64,000 nt of DNA, taken from NCBI GenBank assembly GCA_964106645.2, contig OZ067045.1; one strand, written 5' to 3'. The DNA comes from Podarcis pityusensis (Eukaryota). The translations under genes and the position numbers were made by a program. This document shows positions 48,171-61,824 of the stretch, piece after piece (within the stretch, counting starts at the first letter, position 1; each line of letters starts with the position of its first letter). Under the pieces are notes generated by a model, which was not told the origin of the DNA, did not search any database, and saw nothing but the letters and a program-made list of their open reading frames with translations.

Positions 48171-48200
<30 letters not shown>
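48171..48200. repeat. (AC)n microsatellite
   Basis: Direct inspection. Confidence 0.95.
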
Positions 48201-48202
<2 letters not shown>

Positions 48203-48489
48203 CTTTCTTCTTGCTTGCTTGCCTGGGAGCCAGATGCTATTTCCCTTTCACCTAATCTATTCCTCTCACATCTCCCAATACTCAGAACATAGGAAACTGC
48301 TCAACAGTGAGTCAGACCATTGCTCCGTCTAGCTCAGTCTTGTCTGCAATCCTATGAACCACCAGATATTCTTGGATTACAACTCCCGTTCTCCCTGAAC
48401 ACTGGGCACCCTGGCTGGGGCTGATGGGAGTTCAACAACATTGTGGAAGGGGGAGTACCAGGCTCTCCAAGCCTAGTTTAAGTTCATTG

Positions 48490-48745
48490 GGGGTGGATGT
48501 TCAGCCTCTGTTTGAAGACCTCAAGCAAGGGAGAACCCACCACCCCTCTAGGGGATGCACAAACTGTTGTCAAACTGCCCTCGGCATCAAGACGTTTTCC
48601 CTGAATGTTCAGTGAAAACCTGTCCTCCTTAAGCTTAAGCCCATAAAATACAGTCTTGCATTTTCCATCGGCTCTGCCCTCTTCTATCTGGCAGCTCTTC
48701 AGGAATTTGATGAGTACACTCATATCCTCCCCAGGTCTTCTCCTC
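48490..48745 (-). mobile_element. CR1 LINE ORF2 C-terminal fragment
   Basis: Peptide GLKLKEDRFSLNI...PRGVVGSPLLEVFKQRL. Confidence 0.8.
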
Positions 48746-50354
48746 GTCAGGCATAGCTAGGGTTGGAGGATAAATTCATCCGGTCCACTTTTTACAGCAG
48801 AACGATCTGAATAATCAATCTTGGGCTTAACCTGCTGGTTTTGAATGGAACTGTCAATCAGATTATGCACACCTCCAGATTTTACAGTGAAGTTTCAGTC
48901 CCCCTCGAAATTGCACACATTGAAATGTGCAGTTTGGTACTTTTCTTTTTAATGTACAAAAAAAATGCACATTTTAGGGTAAACTGCACTTGAGAAAGAG
49001 ACAAAGATGCATGTTTTAGGAGGGATATGTACAAAATGAACACACAATGTGTCCAGTTTTAAACATAAAAATTGTCATGGGGGTGTCGGTGCACAGATAC
49101 CTAATCTTTATTTGCTAAACAACATCTACAGACACTTGCAACAGGTCCTCAGTCTATTTCAGCCAATTTCTGCATCAAATTTATAGATTAAAAATTCCAT
49201 TTTGATACACATTACATTCTATAACCACACATTTGCAAGCAATTTCTGTAGGTTATTTTCAGACTATATCTGTGTGTCTAATGCCTGCTCCCCCTCCTTA
49301 AAGTTCTTTAACTTTAAACCAAATAGACACCTCCTTCAAATAGAGGACACCTAAGTCACCCTTGCTAAAGCGTTTTCTAAGCTTGCCACACAACCCAGGG
49401 CTAATTTATCTCAGGGAGTCGCTGTCAAAAGGAGATGCAAAAGGGATATACAAAAAGAGGAGACGCAGTTTATTGGATATTAGTGCTCTAAATGTTTTTG
49501 TTGTTGGAGATCTGTTCCATTTAAGCACATGGATAAGACAGACACCTTTTAAAGGAGTATTTGAACTCTTCTGGGGAGGAAAGAAAACGTATGGCTTTAT
49601 TTTATTTTTCCAGCATCAAGAACTTGAAAGCTTGGCTGTGAGGTTCTTTGGATAACCTTGGCTCTGAATGAAAGCTTGCTCTTATTTTTAAAAGCTCGCT
49701 CTGTTTTAAGCAGAAACACCCTCCCCACCCCCACCCCAAAGTAAGGGATTCCCTCCTCCTGAGTCGTTCAGCACAGACAGTGATACAGAGAGGGCAGGCT
49801 GCCCTCTGAAGTGGGAGAAAGAAACTCAGCCGTGAATCTGGGCATTCATGCTCACTTTGGGTGGACAGGGTTGAAAGCACAGAGCCACCCAATGTTGTCT
49901 TCTCCTGCAAAAGGGCTCCCCCACTTATTCTCTCTCTCTCTGAAGCAGCGTCCGCTAACCTCCAGTGAGAAAACTACCTTGCAGACTCCCATCCCTTAAC
50001 CACAGCTGCAGGCCTAAAACACTGCCAGCCTTTATTCTGCCACGCATCCCGTGGCCTCCTGTCCTCTGAACATCCTGTTCACTCAGAGCTTTGATCCAAC
50101 CACATTTGCCAACACACCCCAATCCACACAACCACCCTGCTCAAACAAACCCTGCTCCATGCTCCTCAAGGGAGCCCAAACTCAGAGATATGTCAGTATC
50201 TCCGGGGACAATTGGAAGCTTTTGCACAGTGATTCCAAGTGCTCAGGGGGTTTCACATACAGAAACTCGGTGGTTCTTACTACATCTGGGCAAGGCGAAT
50301 CAGTAATATGTCCTTAAGTTAGGTGGGGGGTGAGGAGACGGGAGAGAAGAGGTC

Positions 50355-50683
50355 TGGAGGGTGGCAACACGAGAATGGGCCTTTTCTGTAGTGGCCCCCC
50401 ATTTGTGAAATGCTCCCCACAGGGAGGTTCAACTGGCGCCTTCATTATATATTTTTAGGCTCCAGGCGAAAATTTTCTTCTTCAATCAAGTCTTTGGCTG
50501 ATTAATATCCTACAGCTTTTAAAACGTATCTGTGGAAAGTGTGTGTGTGTATTGTTTTGTGGTTTGATTATTTACTTGTGTTTTATCTTGTATTTTATTC
50601 TGGGAACCACCCTAAGATCTTTTCATGAAGGGTGGTATATAAATTAAACAAACAAACAAACAAACAAACAAACAAACAAACAA
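50355..50683 (+). mobile_element. L2-clade LINE 3' end with (AAAC)n tail
   Basis: GCCTTTTCTGTAGTGGCCCCCCATTTGTGAAAT (AFSVVAPHL motif), 3' UTR and tetranucleotide tail. Confidence 0.78.
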
Positions 50684-50689
50684 AGAGAA

Positions 50690-50998
50690 CATTTTTGGAC
50701 AGACGAAAGGAAGTACTTCTTCACACATCCTGTAGTTAACGTGTGGAATTTGTGACCACAATATAAAGTGACAGCTGCCAATCTGGATGGCTTTCAGTAG
50801 AGACTGGAAAAATAGAATATCAGTGGCTACTAGTCATGATAGCTATATACTACTTGCTAGGGAGCAATAGTGGAGAGACTGCTTCCATGTCCTGCTTGGT
50901 GGCTTCCCATGGCCATCAACTTGGCCCCTGTGCGAACAGGATGCTGGACTAGATGAGCCACTGGCCTGATCCAGCTGCAGGTCTCTGCTTATGTTCTT
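50690..50998 (+). mobile_element. CR1 LINE 3' fragment
   Basis: TDERKYFFTH..VNVWN motif; ends CTTATGTTCTT. Confidence 0.8.
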
Positions 50999-51977
50999 CT
51001 GACTTCCCAGAAGCTACCTGATGTTGAAAGCCCTGAGCTGGATTCAGTGGTCTTATCCAGCAAAGCAATTGGGAAACACGTGGGCAGTGAATTCAAAGTT
51101 CTTAGAATCATTTTCCAACTGCTGAATGGACACAGCCAGGCCTCTAATGGCTTGTGCAATGAAAATACACAGCTGATCCATCGTAATTGTGGGATTTCCC
51201 TTACTCATTCGATGGAGTCTTGAACCACTACTACAATCTATGAGTTTTCCATAATGGCTTTTAAGCTTTGTATTTCAGGCTGTTTATGACACACTTGTGC
51301 TTGCCTTAGAGATTTGTTTTAATGCTGTTGGTGTTATTTAGAGAGGGATTAAATTCAAACAGCTTTATGGGTGCTAATAAATGTCTCTTATTATTACAGG
51401 CATTTTGATATAAAAACCTCATACAGGTACTTTCCCTGTGAACTATGCAGATTTGATTGATTAGGCCGTGTGTGCAACACAGTGGTTTATTTTACACTTC
51501 AGTGGGCATTAAATCTTTCGTTAAGATTAAAACTGTACTTCCTACAAGAAAGAAATCACTTTGCAGTTATTGGAAGGGAAAGTTGTTTCACCCAAGATCC
51601 AATGGAAAGGGGAGAAAAACTCAGGACAAAAAAAGAAGGAGGAGGAAACTGAGATGGTGGTTTTCAATGATGTTATTCAAGAGCTTTTGTCAATGGTTAT
51701 TAGATTGTGTCTGTCATCCCTAATATCTAGCCTGGAATAAACTCGCATAACATCATTGGCAACTCCAGTTAAAGAGGATCAGGTAGCAGGTCTGCTTGAG
51801 ATTCTGGAGAGCTGCTGCCAGTCAGAGCAGACAGTGCTGGTCTAGATGGACAAATGATCTGACCTGGTGTAAGGAAGTGTCCTGCGATCCTCTATAGCCT
51901 ATGCTTTGTATTTAAGCATTTGCAGGTTCCGTTCCCAACATTGCCATCCAAAAGATTTCAAGAATAGAACCACAGCG

Positions 51978-52116
51978 TCTTAGAATTGTAGAGTTTGAAA
52001 GGACCATGAGGGTTATCTGGTCCAACCCCCTGCAATGCAGGAATCTTTTGCCCAATGTAGAGCTCAAACTCACAACCCTGAGATGAAGATTCTCATGCTC
52101 TACCGACTGAGCTGTC
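51978..52116 (-). mobile_element. SINE: tRNA-Lys(CTT)-derived head + CR1-type 3' tail
   Basis: Minus strand AGCTCAGTCGGTAGAGCATGAGAATCTTCATCTCAGGGTTGTGAGTTTGAGCTCTACATTGGGC then AAAAGATTCCTGCATTGCAGGGGGTTGGAC. Confidence 0.85.
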
Positions 52117-52701
52117 TACCAGTGGCCCCACCAACCTCAGTTATTATTTTTATGTATTACAGAACCAAAAGATCAACAGCCACTCCCACCCATAAGATGG
52201 AGTTCGTATAATATAGTAAAGTCATGGTCCACCTCAAAATCTCAGTCTCAGTTATCCACAAAAGGAGAAGCAAATCATGCCAAAAGTAGACAAAAGACTT
52301 TGCTTCTTTACTCATATCCAGTCCAGGGTGTGGCCCTCCATAAGCCTCCACCTTAAGTCTGGGTCTTGCCCTTGTAGAACTCAGCAGGCAGGAGCGTGAG
52401 GCCAGGATTATTTGGCTCTGGTTGTCAATGGCTCTGGCTCCACCTACTGTGGGGCTCACTGTTTTCTGGCCCACCAGTCCCAATGGACAACAGTCACCAA
52501 CAATACCAATACTGGCAACAGTGGTGCTTTCTCAAGCAGATCAGGAGGCTCATTCCTATATAGACGTCACCTGACATCTGCTGATGCTAATGGGGCTGCG
52601 CTGAAGAGACCATCACAATAATGTCCTTCCAGAAGGTTGTCATTGTTGGCACTGAAATACTTCCTAGATGTAGGCTGAAACCAGAATAGAACCTAGTAAA
52701 A

Positions 52702-52839
52702 CAGGACTATGAAACCTTTGGCCCTTCAGATGTTGCTGAGCTACAACTCCTATTATCCTTGACCACCGGCCAGCCTGCCTGAGGTTGGTAGTAATTGACA
52801 TCTAACAGCATCTAGGAGTCCACAGGTTCCCTACTCCTG
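52702..52839. mobile_element. Palindromic hAT MITE (CTACAACTCC core), degraded
   Basis: CAGG...CCTG termini, inverted arms. Confidence 0.65.
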
Positions 52840-52947
52840 CAGCAGAACCTAATCCAGTGTCTGTCAATTCCTCCTACTAACTGCAGACTCTGTGGCTTCA
52901 ACACCAGCTAACATTTAATATTCCTGTCCCCTCACATTTGCTCCATA

Positions 52948-53082
52948 CAGAGTTTCCCAAACTTGGGTCTCCAGCTGCTGTTGGGCTACAACTCCCTCAT
53001 CTCTGGGTAGCAGGACCAGTGGTCTGGGATGATGGGAATTGTAGTACAAAAACAGCTGCAGACACATGTTTGGGAAACCCTG
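52948..53082. mobile_element. Palindromic hAT MITE, paralog of 31203-31339
   Basis: CAGAGTTTCCCAAAC...GTTTGGGAAACCCTG. Confidence 0.82.
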
Positions 53083-54935
53083 ATTTAGCATGATGGAGGA
53101 TTCTGTGGAATTCAGATGCACGCTCATTTTGAGTCAGTCCCTATGAAAGCATTGTCCTACGATGGATTTTGGAGCCACCTAAAGCGAAGTTTCTCCTCAG
53201 TCAAAATATTTGAGGAATGTCACGTGAAGCCCAAAGAATTTCATCAAGGCTAGCAGACTTCCACAACGGGTCAAGTCAGGCATTCCTTCAGCTGGGTCAC
53301 ATCTTAAAGCCATTTTATCAGAATTTAAAATACAGCATTTGTGCTTGGGAGTTTTGATTCAGCCAAGGAGTCAGTTAATTACTGTGCTTCTTGCCTAAGC
53401 GCCTTGCGGAGCCTTGAAACTGTTCCCACGAGCAAGCCTCTTGGCTCAGGCAGAATGGACAGGCCGGCCGGCCTGCCTCGCAGCCTTCAGACAGGCCACC
53501 ACCAGGGAACACATTGATGAATGGCCGGTTTATAAGGCTGTCATGCCACTTTTGCCCTCTGGGAAATGCGGGAGTCTCTCAAAACAGCTTATTACCAACC
53601 TGTGGCCAAGGCAATGATCAATCACGCTGATCAGATATGGCAAACATAGCAACTGATACAAAGAAGATGCCCGGCTGCTTTGGCTTGAGGTTAACATGAC
53701 AAATGATAGCGGGGAACAAGAATAACTAAAGTGTGTGTGTTTGGGAGGGGGGCTGGAGGGAGGTCAGGCTGGAGTGGAGCCCAACTGGCAAACCATTGTA
53801 GAGCAACGACACCACGAGTTAACAGCAACGCCTCAGCCCCCAGCCCCCATGCACAAATATTTCTTGCTTTGCTTCTATCAAAACAACCTACAAAGTATTC
53901 ACTACAATTCATGAGGTGTGCAAGGGTTTTCTTTTTAAAAGAACAACAACACCAAAACAAAAGAAAACCCGTGGGTAGCCCTTGGACCTTGGCTTCATTA
54001 TGTGCATTTTGGAGATGACATAGTTTCATTGCTGAACTTGATAACCTCCCCACCACCCAGGGCCACCACCATTGCTGACCAACAATTCCAACTAATCCAA
54101 GTGAGCTGAGTGAATTTGCACGCTCTTGCTTCTGGAAAACATGTAAGGAATCTCCAGAGAGTTTTAACAAAGGTGGGGCCAGAACCAGAGATGAGGAAAG
54201 GGATCGATTAATCTGTCATTTTTTGTTTCTCTCAGCTTCTCATTTTCCCAGCCCTAAATTCAGTTCTCCACATCAGGTTGCTCTTCTTCTTTTTAAGCCT
54301 GCATGGAAAATTCATCAGCCTTTCAGTGCAAATTTCTCCTAATATAGACAATTTCACATTCAGTTTTGCCTAATATGCTTTTTTAAACAATTTCCCCCTC
54401 ACATTAACACGTTTTGTTTCTTGTTTCCACTAACATATGCATTTTCATGCAAATTTCCCCCCTCATTTATGCATTGCTGTACACAGTATTTGGGCTGGAG
54501 AAAGGCGCTGCAAAATTCAGAGAAGTGTGAATTTCAAAGGACGGCTGGGCTGCAAGCCTTACTATATACATACACACTTGATTTTCTTTGTAGGCCACAT
54601 TTCCACAGTTCAAGGTGGCTTACAAAATAAAAAAAATACATAACTACAACATAACAAAAGTAGTCACAAAAAATAAATAAAACATTAAAAATACACAACC
54701 AAACCGAATCATTTCCACATAAATCACAAGATCTAAAATAAAAATGAGGGGCAGCAATAACCGCCCCTCGCAATAAAACCCCAAATGCCCAAATCCAAGT
54801 CTGTTCAGAATCCTCAGCTTTTGTAGCTGGAGTCAGTCAGGGCCCTACCTTCCCAGGCCAGGTGGGAAAAGGCCTGCAAGGCAGGGAGCAGTTGTTCCAG
54901 GACTCACCGAGGTCGTTCCACAACATCACAATACA

Positions 54936-55052
54936 TGAAGGCAGTCCTGTTTAGGGAAGTTTTTAATGACTGATGTTTTAATGTATTTTTAATCTTTTGT
55001 TGGAAGCTGCCCAGAGTGGCTGGATAAACCCAGCCAGATGGGCAGGGTATAA

Positions 55053-55082
<30 letters not shown>
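54936..55082 (+). mobile_element. L2 3' end (same subfamily as 35810-36146) with (ATT)n tail
   Basis: GAAGGCAGTCCTGTTTAGGGAAG...GGGCAGGGTATAAATTATT. Confidence 0.82.
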
Positions 55083-55083
<1 letters not shown>

Positions 55084-55973
55084 GCTACCTTAGACCAAGT
55101 CAGGCCATTTTGCTCAGTGCTATTTACATTGCCTGGCAGTTGCAGTAGAGGGTGCAGAATAGCAAAAGAAAAAAATAACACCTTCCCAGTGGCAGGGCAG
55201 GGTTCCTTAAGCAGATCCTTGGAACTAAGCAGGTCTGGACCTGGCCAGAATATAGACTGAGCAGTGGTTGCAGTGGGGTGGGGTGGAGAGATTTGCACGT
55301 AGACTTGCTTTGACTAGGGATGCTGGGCAATTTCATCTGGCCCATATTTTTAAGCCATTTGACTTAATTTGCACATTATATTTGTATACTGCTCTACGCC
55401 TGCAGACCTCAGACTCCTCCTCCTCGTTTGTTCCATTTTTCACAAAAGTGTCCCAAATAATCGAAACATTAACACCACTTATAAAACCCAAAACAAAGCA
55501 AAATCCTAAAAAGCGCAACCCTAACATGTCGCTGAGGTGGAGCTTTCTCTTCACAACCTTCCTGGCCCCTCCCAAAGCATTGAGCCCCACCTCTGGATTG
55601 GTCTCCAGTCTCTCATCCCATTCCTCCTCCCACTCTGACCAGCCCTGCCAAGAAGTCTCTATGGGGCTCATGACACCCACTTCCTGGTCCTTTGAGATGG
55701 AGATGCAAAGAGTTGAACCCAGGGCATTCGACAGGCACAGCAGCTGTCTGTTACCGAGCTAGTGTCCCTCCACTCTGCAATTCGAATTATTCCTTGTACA
55801 CCAAACAAACCAAGCAAATTCTCTCGCTGAAGTTCTTACGTTGTAAAAATGAAGTCCAAAGCTTGGTTTATCAGCCATTTCACATATTACAAAATTCAGA
55901 GGTTGCCAGTCTTTATAGACCCCTGAGTAGATTTGGATTTTTGAATGAGTGCCATGGGTGCTGCCCCATCTGG

Positions 55974-55977
<4 letters not shown>

Positions 55978-56016
<39 letters not shown>
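55978..56016. repeat. (CT)n microsatellite
   Basis: Direct inspection. Confidence 0.95.
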
Positions 56017-56021
<5 letters not shown>

Positions 56022-56479
56022 CCATCCTGTACCCCCAATAGATCAGTCTACCCCCAAGAAACAGAAAGACAGAATATACATATGCACACACAAGTCATAT
56101 CTAATAAAATTAACCTGAGCCTTGAAAAGTACATAGAGCTGAAAGATGAAGTGGGCAAGAGTGTCACTTTTCCAACTTCCTCCTTCAACCCTATGTTTCC
56201 TTCAAGGGAGAAAAAGGTAACTACTTATCATCACTTCATGAATAAGGAGGCAGTAAGTACACGGGTGGGAGGGCTCAGAAGCTTGTGGGCACTAGGGGAA
56301 GACCTCAAGTGCACCCTACAAGTGCCACACTGGCCATCTCCACCAACGATAGCAAATCTGAGTTTGCCACCACGTTTACACTTGACAGGGAGCTGAGCCA
56401 AACCCAGCTCTCTGCTATATTTAGATGTATTCATTCCGACACATTTCCCATCCTGCCATCCCATTAAGCATTTCCAAGG

Positions 56480-56715
56480 TGACATGTGAGATTGATAAAA
56501 GAAGAATAAAACCAAACAATCTAATACAAAAAGCAAAACAATAGAACAGCAGAGAGCAGTCATAAGAGCAAAGCCATCTGCAGGTGTCAAACAGCGTAGT
56601 CTAAAATACAATGTCATCACCTGGTGCCTGAAACTCATAAAGGCAAGTGCCGGGTGAACACCCCTGTGGAGGGCATTCCAGACTGGAACACCTCCACAGT
56701 TGCCACATTCTCCAA
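56480..56715 (-). mobile_element. Degraded L2 3' fragment
   Basis: Peptide VPVWNAL...SFRHQVMTLYF. Confidence 0.55.
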
Positions 56716-58101
56716 ACATTTCGGACCTTTCCAAATGATAACAAGCTTGTGTGGGAGCACACACTCCTTAACGCACCAACATCCCAAACCCAGATTTGAC
56801 TCATTCGTACACCACACTCCTAACTGTAGACTTTGGAAGAGGAGGGGATCTTGGGTAACCTAGGACTTCAAGATGCAAACCCAACAGTCCATCTACACTG
56901 GATCTCTATGTGGCTTCCTAAATATTTGGGCAATTGTGGTATGGGCCCTGCTAGAATCTCGATTTCCTTGTGATTAATAAGCAGCGGCATTGCTTGTTAT
57001 GAAACGACAAGGTATTTAAGAGGAGCTCTGCTGAGATGCACTTCACTCGATGTATTTACTAAGTACATCTAAATACACATGTACGTGTGTGCGCGCGCTT
57101 GTGTGTGTGTGTGCATTCAAAGTTAAGAGATCTAAATTGTCAAGCTGCAGGTGAGCAGGTATAATGGGCCCAAATTCCAACTCTCAAGGGCGTGGAAAGT
57201 GTGGACACCGCAGTGCAACAACGCCAGACAAGCTCTGTCGATCTGCATTGTTGGGTTTTTTCTGGTGCTTTTAAATGGCAGGATCCATTTCACGGAATTG
57301 TAAAATCACAGGGCTGAGAAGGAAGCAGAGTCAATTTGCCGGGAGAGTTCTCTGTTTGGACTTCATTGGGAGTGTAATCTCCTGTTTAACAACAGCAGAG
57401 GAGCAGGGGGGAGTGATGACCGTTATCTTCTTTACGCCTGGAGGAGGACACATTCATCACTTTATCATTGGATGTATCTCGGTTGTTAACTCTCCGACAC
57501 TTGTTAGAGGAGTCTTTTTTGTGCCTGTAGCTAAGAACTGATGCTTTTCTCTTTTTTCTTTTGGTTGAGTGGCTTCATTGGGGGGGGGGAGAGGGAGGGC
57601 GAGCTTGTTTGTGAGCAAAATTAACGAGCAAAAGAAGGTCCTCAATGAGACAATAATTTATTACTTCTGGAATTGGCAGGTTTTGACAGTGGAACTCATT
57701 GGATAATATATTTCAATTGAGAAAAAAGGACGGGTGAAGAAGGGTTCTTTTTCTAGAAAGACTGAAAACGTTGTGGGTTGGTTTACTTAACATTCAGAAC
57801 ATGACACTTGGGCACCAAGTCTTGTTTTAAATAAAGCCTGAAAACCCCTCAAAAGTTTACATTAAAATTGCATTATTATTATTATCATCGTCATCACCAC
57901 CACCACCATCATTATAAATTTAAAAACATGCAAAATTCAATTCTGCAGCTACATGGCACCCCAGAAATGGAAAACAGGAAAGCCAAAATAATTTGCTAAT
58001 TGTTTGTGTATCTCAACTTGGCTTAGGATCATGCATGCCATTCAGATAAACGGATAGATACAATATTGTTTCATATATTTATACCAGGGGAGTCTAAACA
58101 G

Positions 58102-58163
58102 TATCTATATCTATATCTGTATCTGTAGCTTTATCTGTATCTGTATCTGTATCTGTATTTATC
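58102..58163. repeat. (TATCTR)n hexamer-like degenerate repeat
   Basis: Direct inspection. Confidence 0.8.
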
Positions 58164-59376
58164 TATATAGCTATAGCTATATCTCACAATGAACAATGAA
58201 ACCTAAAATGCCAAATAAAGCAATAACATACCCCCAAAGGACATATTTTACACCTACTCAGAATTTCCCAGCTCCAGAAACCCAAATTAAGTAGCCTCCA
58301 CTAAACATCCAAAATCACTCATCCCATTGTACATCCACCAACACCCCACCCAATCGCTGCAATATCTCCAATGTCAATATGCAATGGATGGGATGACAAA
58401 ATAAAATGTAGGTTTGCCATGGGGTGCTGCATCCTTGCTTCAGCGGCAAACATTTTCCCCTTTGCATATGCCAGTGAGGAGCTGTGCACTGGTGCGTGTG
58501 TGTGGCGGGTGGGCGGGGGGGAACGATGCACGCAAAATGTATCAGGGGAAGGAGGAGGAAAAAAGCTCTGCCTAATGGCTACCAGACTTGCAGAGTGTCA
58601 GTTCTAGTGTTTTCTACAGATAGATTTTCAACTCTATAATAATCATGCAGCTAAGATACAAGGTTCCTCGTTGGCAGTAACCTACATGACATGACTCAGA
58701 AGGCAGGTGTTATTCTAATTAGCTATTGTTGGGTTATCAAAAGTCAGAGCTGATTAAAGCCACTAAGTACAAGCGCAGTATTTTATTTCAAAGAATATTA
58801 TAAACTCCATGCTGGGACCCTTTCAGTACGGACCTACCTTCCGGAGTCAGCTAAGAGCCCATGCCAGCAGTAATCAAAACTGAAATCTGCATAAACCTTC
58901 GGGGTTTTTTAATTCAAGCAGAGTCATTTCATTAGAAATATGTTACTTTATGAAATCTGTTCGCCAGCAAGGGGAGAAAAATGTGACTTCTTAAGAAAAG
59001 TGAATGGCATCTCTTTAGTGATTAAACCAAGATTAATGGAGGCTCCCACTGGTGGGCCTAAGTCCATTTTATTGCTAATTCATTTAGGTACTATTTCAGA
59101 TGTACTTGATGAAAGTCACCTGCTAGGAAGTCATGTTTTGGCAAGTAAGGATAGCCATTATGGTTGAAATCCCAAATAGATTTTTTTTATTATTATTAAA
59201 GAAGCTTTGAAAAGTGTCTTGAATTAGGCAGTCTTCTCGGGGATGTATTATTTAATGTACTCAATTAGTTAAAAAAAATAAAACGAGAAAGAGAGGGATA
59301 TTTGGGTCACTGATGAACAATGCACAAAGCCATTGAGTACATTTCCATCTACCCACTCCAGGATAAGCGTGGACAA

Positions 59377-59515
59377 CAAGGAGGGGAAAACTGTGGCCCT
59401 CCAAGTGTTGTTGGACACCAGCTCTCATCAGCATCAGCCAGCATGCCCCATGGTCTCAAGGGTTGATGGGAGTTGTAGTCCAGCAACAACTGGAAGGACA
59501 GGCTGCTCATTCCTG
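59377..59515. mobile_element. Palindromic hAT MITE, degraded
   Basis: GATGGGAGTTGTAGTCC core with an inverted partner arm. Confidence 0.65.
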
Positions 59516-61416
59516 ATGCAGAACACAGGGCGATCCAACATCTGGAAGAACCTTGAGCATCCCTGGTCTACTCTAAGCAAGGAGTCTGTTTTGAGAAACA
59601 TGGTGCAATAGTTGGGGGAAATGGATCCTACTTTCCCCGTAAGGTATTGGAGACAGTGGCATATGGCTAGGGGTGTGAATTTTTGACATAAATATAGTGG
59701 GCTAAGGGCTGGTGGCAGTGCAGAACTGGTGTAATGCAGACAGAATCTGAAACGCATTGGTTCTCTCGAGCCCAGTAATAGTTACCTAACAGAATTGGAG
59801 AGCTGATCTTTGCAAATTATGAGATGAACTAACCTTATTTGCACCTCTTGAATGGATGTGTGGATCGGAACTTAAGTTATCCATGGGCTTCTGCACTTTC
59901 CAAATGTTCCAAAGTAGCTCTTTGCTCAAAAGGCATTAAATGGCAATTTTAAAAGGGCATATATTTGAGAGAAAATGCACATAGAAATACACATTCTCAG
60001 AGAAAAGAACGTTTTGAAGTATGTTTCTAGAAGTGCACCGTTTGTGTTTGCAAATTTTATTCATTTTGCACGTTCATACAGAAACAGGATTGAAGAGATT
60101 TATGGTGAACTAATGCAAAAGTGACACAGGCACATGGTCTGATTTCCCAATCCCACACAGGTCTTTTTTAAAAAAAAGAAAAAAAAAATAACAGTTACCC
60201 CAATCTAATTCATGGCTAGCTGGCCACCTCAAAGTTCAGCCAGCAGTCTTTATTCAAAGCCCATCTAGGTGTCCTGATGCTGAAATCTTGAGATCCAGGG
60301 AGTGGAGCTAAAGAACCAAAGTTTTGGCAGATCAGGAAACGGTAGTGGAAATTGCCAGCGTGTTTCATGTGTCCCTTGTCCATAATGAAAATAAACCAGT
60401 CTTTGCTGTAGTTTTTAGTCTGCAAACAAAACATAATTGATGACAGGCTTCCCACCCCACCTTGTTTGCATTGTGTATCCTTTGCATTGAAATAAATGGT
60501 GTGGCATAATGTAATTAATTGTGTAAAATCCCACCACAGTTGCACAAATAATAACGTTTTTGTTGGAGGCCGAAATGCAGCAGTACGGAAACAGTGCTGC
60601 TTGCCAAAAACACAAGCAAGAGCAGAAATCATTGCCTACTGGTAAGGGAAAGATGGCAATCAGCAGTTGGGTAAGAGCTCAAGTGTACCATTTGCCTCCC
60701 GGTAGAGCCTGATTGATTGACTCATGGAGCATATTTATTCATTTTTATTAACCACATTTATTGTACACTTTTCACCATGAAGCTCAAGATAATATACATG
60801 GTTCTTCTTCCCCACATTTTATTCTCACAACACCCCGGGGATTGAACCTGCATGCAAACGTGTTCTGCCACTGAGCTATGGATGCACCTGACAAATAATA
60901 ACAATATTGAATTTGCATGCTGTTCTTTAGTGTAGGCTCTCAAAGCAGCTAATAGATCATAAAACCAAAACCAAAACACACCGACAAAAAGTTAGAAGGA
61001 GACTTAAATATTTACTTTAGCTAGAAACATCAGCCTTAAGACACATACCCCAAGTTGCATCAAGGTTTTGCGGCAAAACACCCCAAAAACAGAATGTGTA
61101 TCATTTTCCCCCCAAAATGCCTATATTCCAATTTCAAGGATTGCTCTTAAAACTAAACATTCTTGCTGATATAGTTTTCCTTAGAACTTATTAACTACTA
61201 TAACTAGAAGTGGAAAACAAACAAACATCGAAATGCTATATACCTGCAAGTGAATTCACAACATGAAGTTTAACTTCAGATCTGTTTTCTTCTTCCACAT
61301 TTAATTTATTATTTCTGTTTTAGACCACTTACTAGCAGATAAAATAAAATAAAGTCCAGAGTGATTTACAAAAAATATAGTAGGAAAGCACAAAATGAAA
61401 GCCAAGTCATTTAAGC

Positions 61417-61824
61417 CAGTGTTTTTCAACTGGGGGCCATATGGCCCCAGGATATTCCAAGGGGGCCACAGGTGAAAATCGTATAAATGAGGGGCCATGA
61501 CACAAAATTTGGGGGCCACAGAGGGAAGTGAGAAATGACGAAAACAGAGAAGTGACCGAGAAAAGAAAACAGAAAAGAAGAAAGAAAACAGAGAAGTGAA
61601 GAAAATAGAAAACAGAATAGTAGAGTGAACAGAGAAGTGACCATGCCTCTGAGTGAATTTATAAAAAAAATATAAATAAAAAATTATAAATAAAAAATAA
61701 ATAAAACATGTCCTATCTGCAAGCAATTTAAATAGCTACATTTCTACTGGTAGGGCAGGCGGGGCCACAAGAAGGAAACAAAGTCGGAAGGGGGCCATGG
61801 TCAGAAAAAGGTTGAGAAACACTG
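61417..61824. mobile_element. hAT non-autonomous element
   Basis: TIR CAGTGTTT(T/C)TCAAC 13/14; perfect 8-bp TSD ATTTAAGC; six GGGGCCA subterminal repeats. Confidence 0.93.

Noticed and set aside
52050-52113. tRNA-Lys(CTT) gene
   Set aside because: Multiple stem-disrupting substitutions and a SINE tail.
55692-56396. Longest ORF (234 aa)
   Set aside because: Spans a SINE remnant and a (CT)n array; no coding signature.
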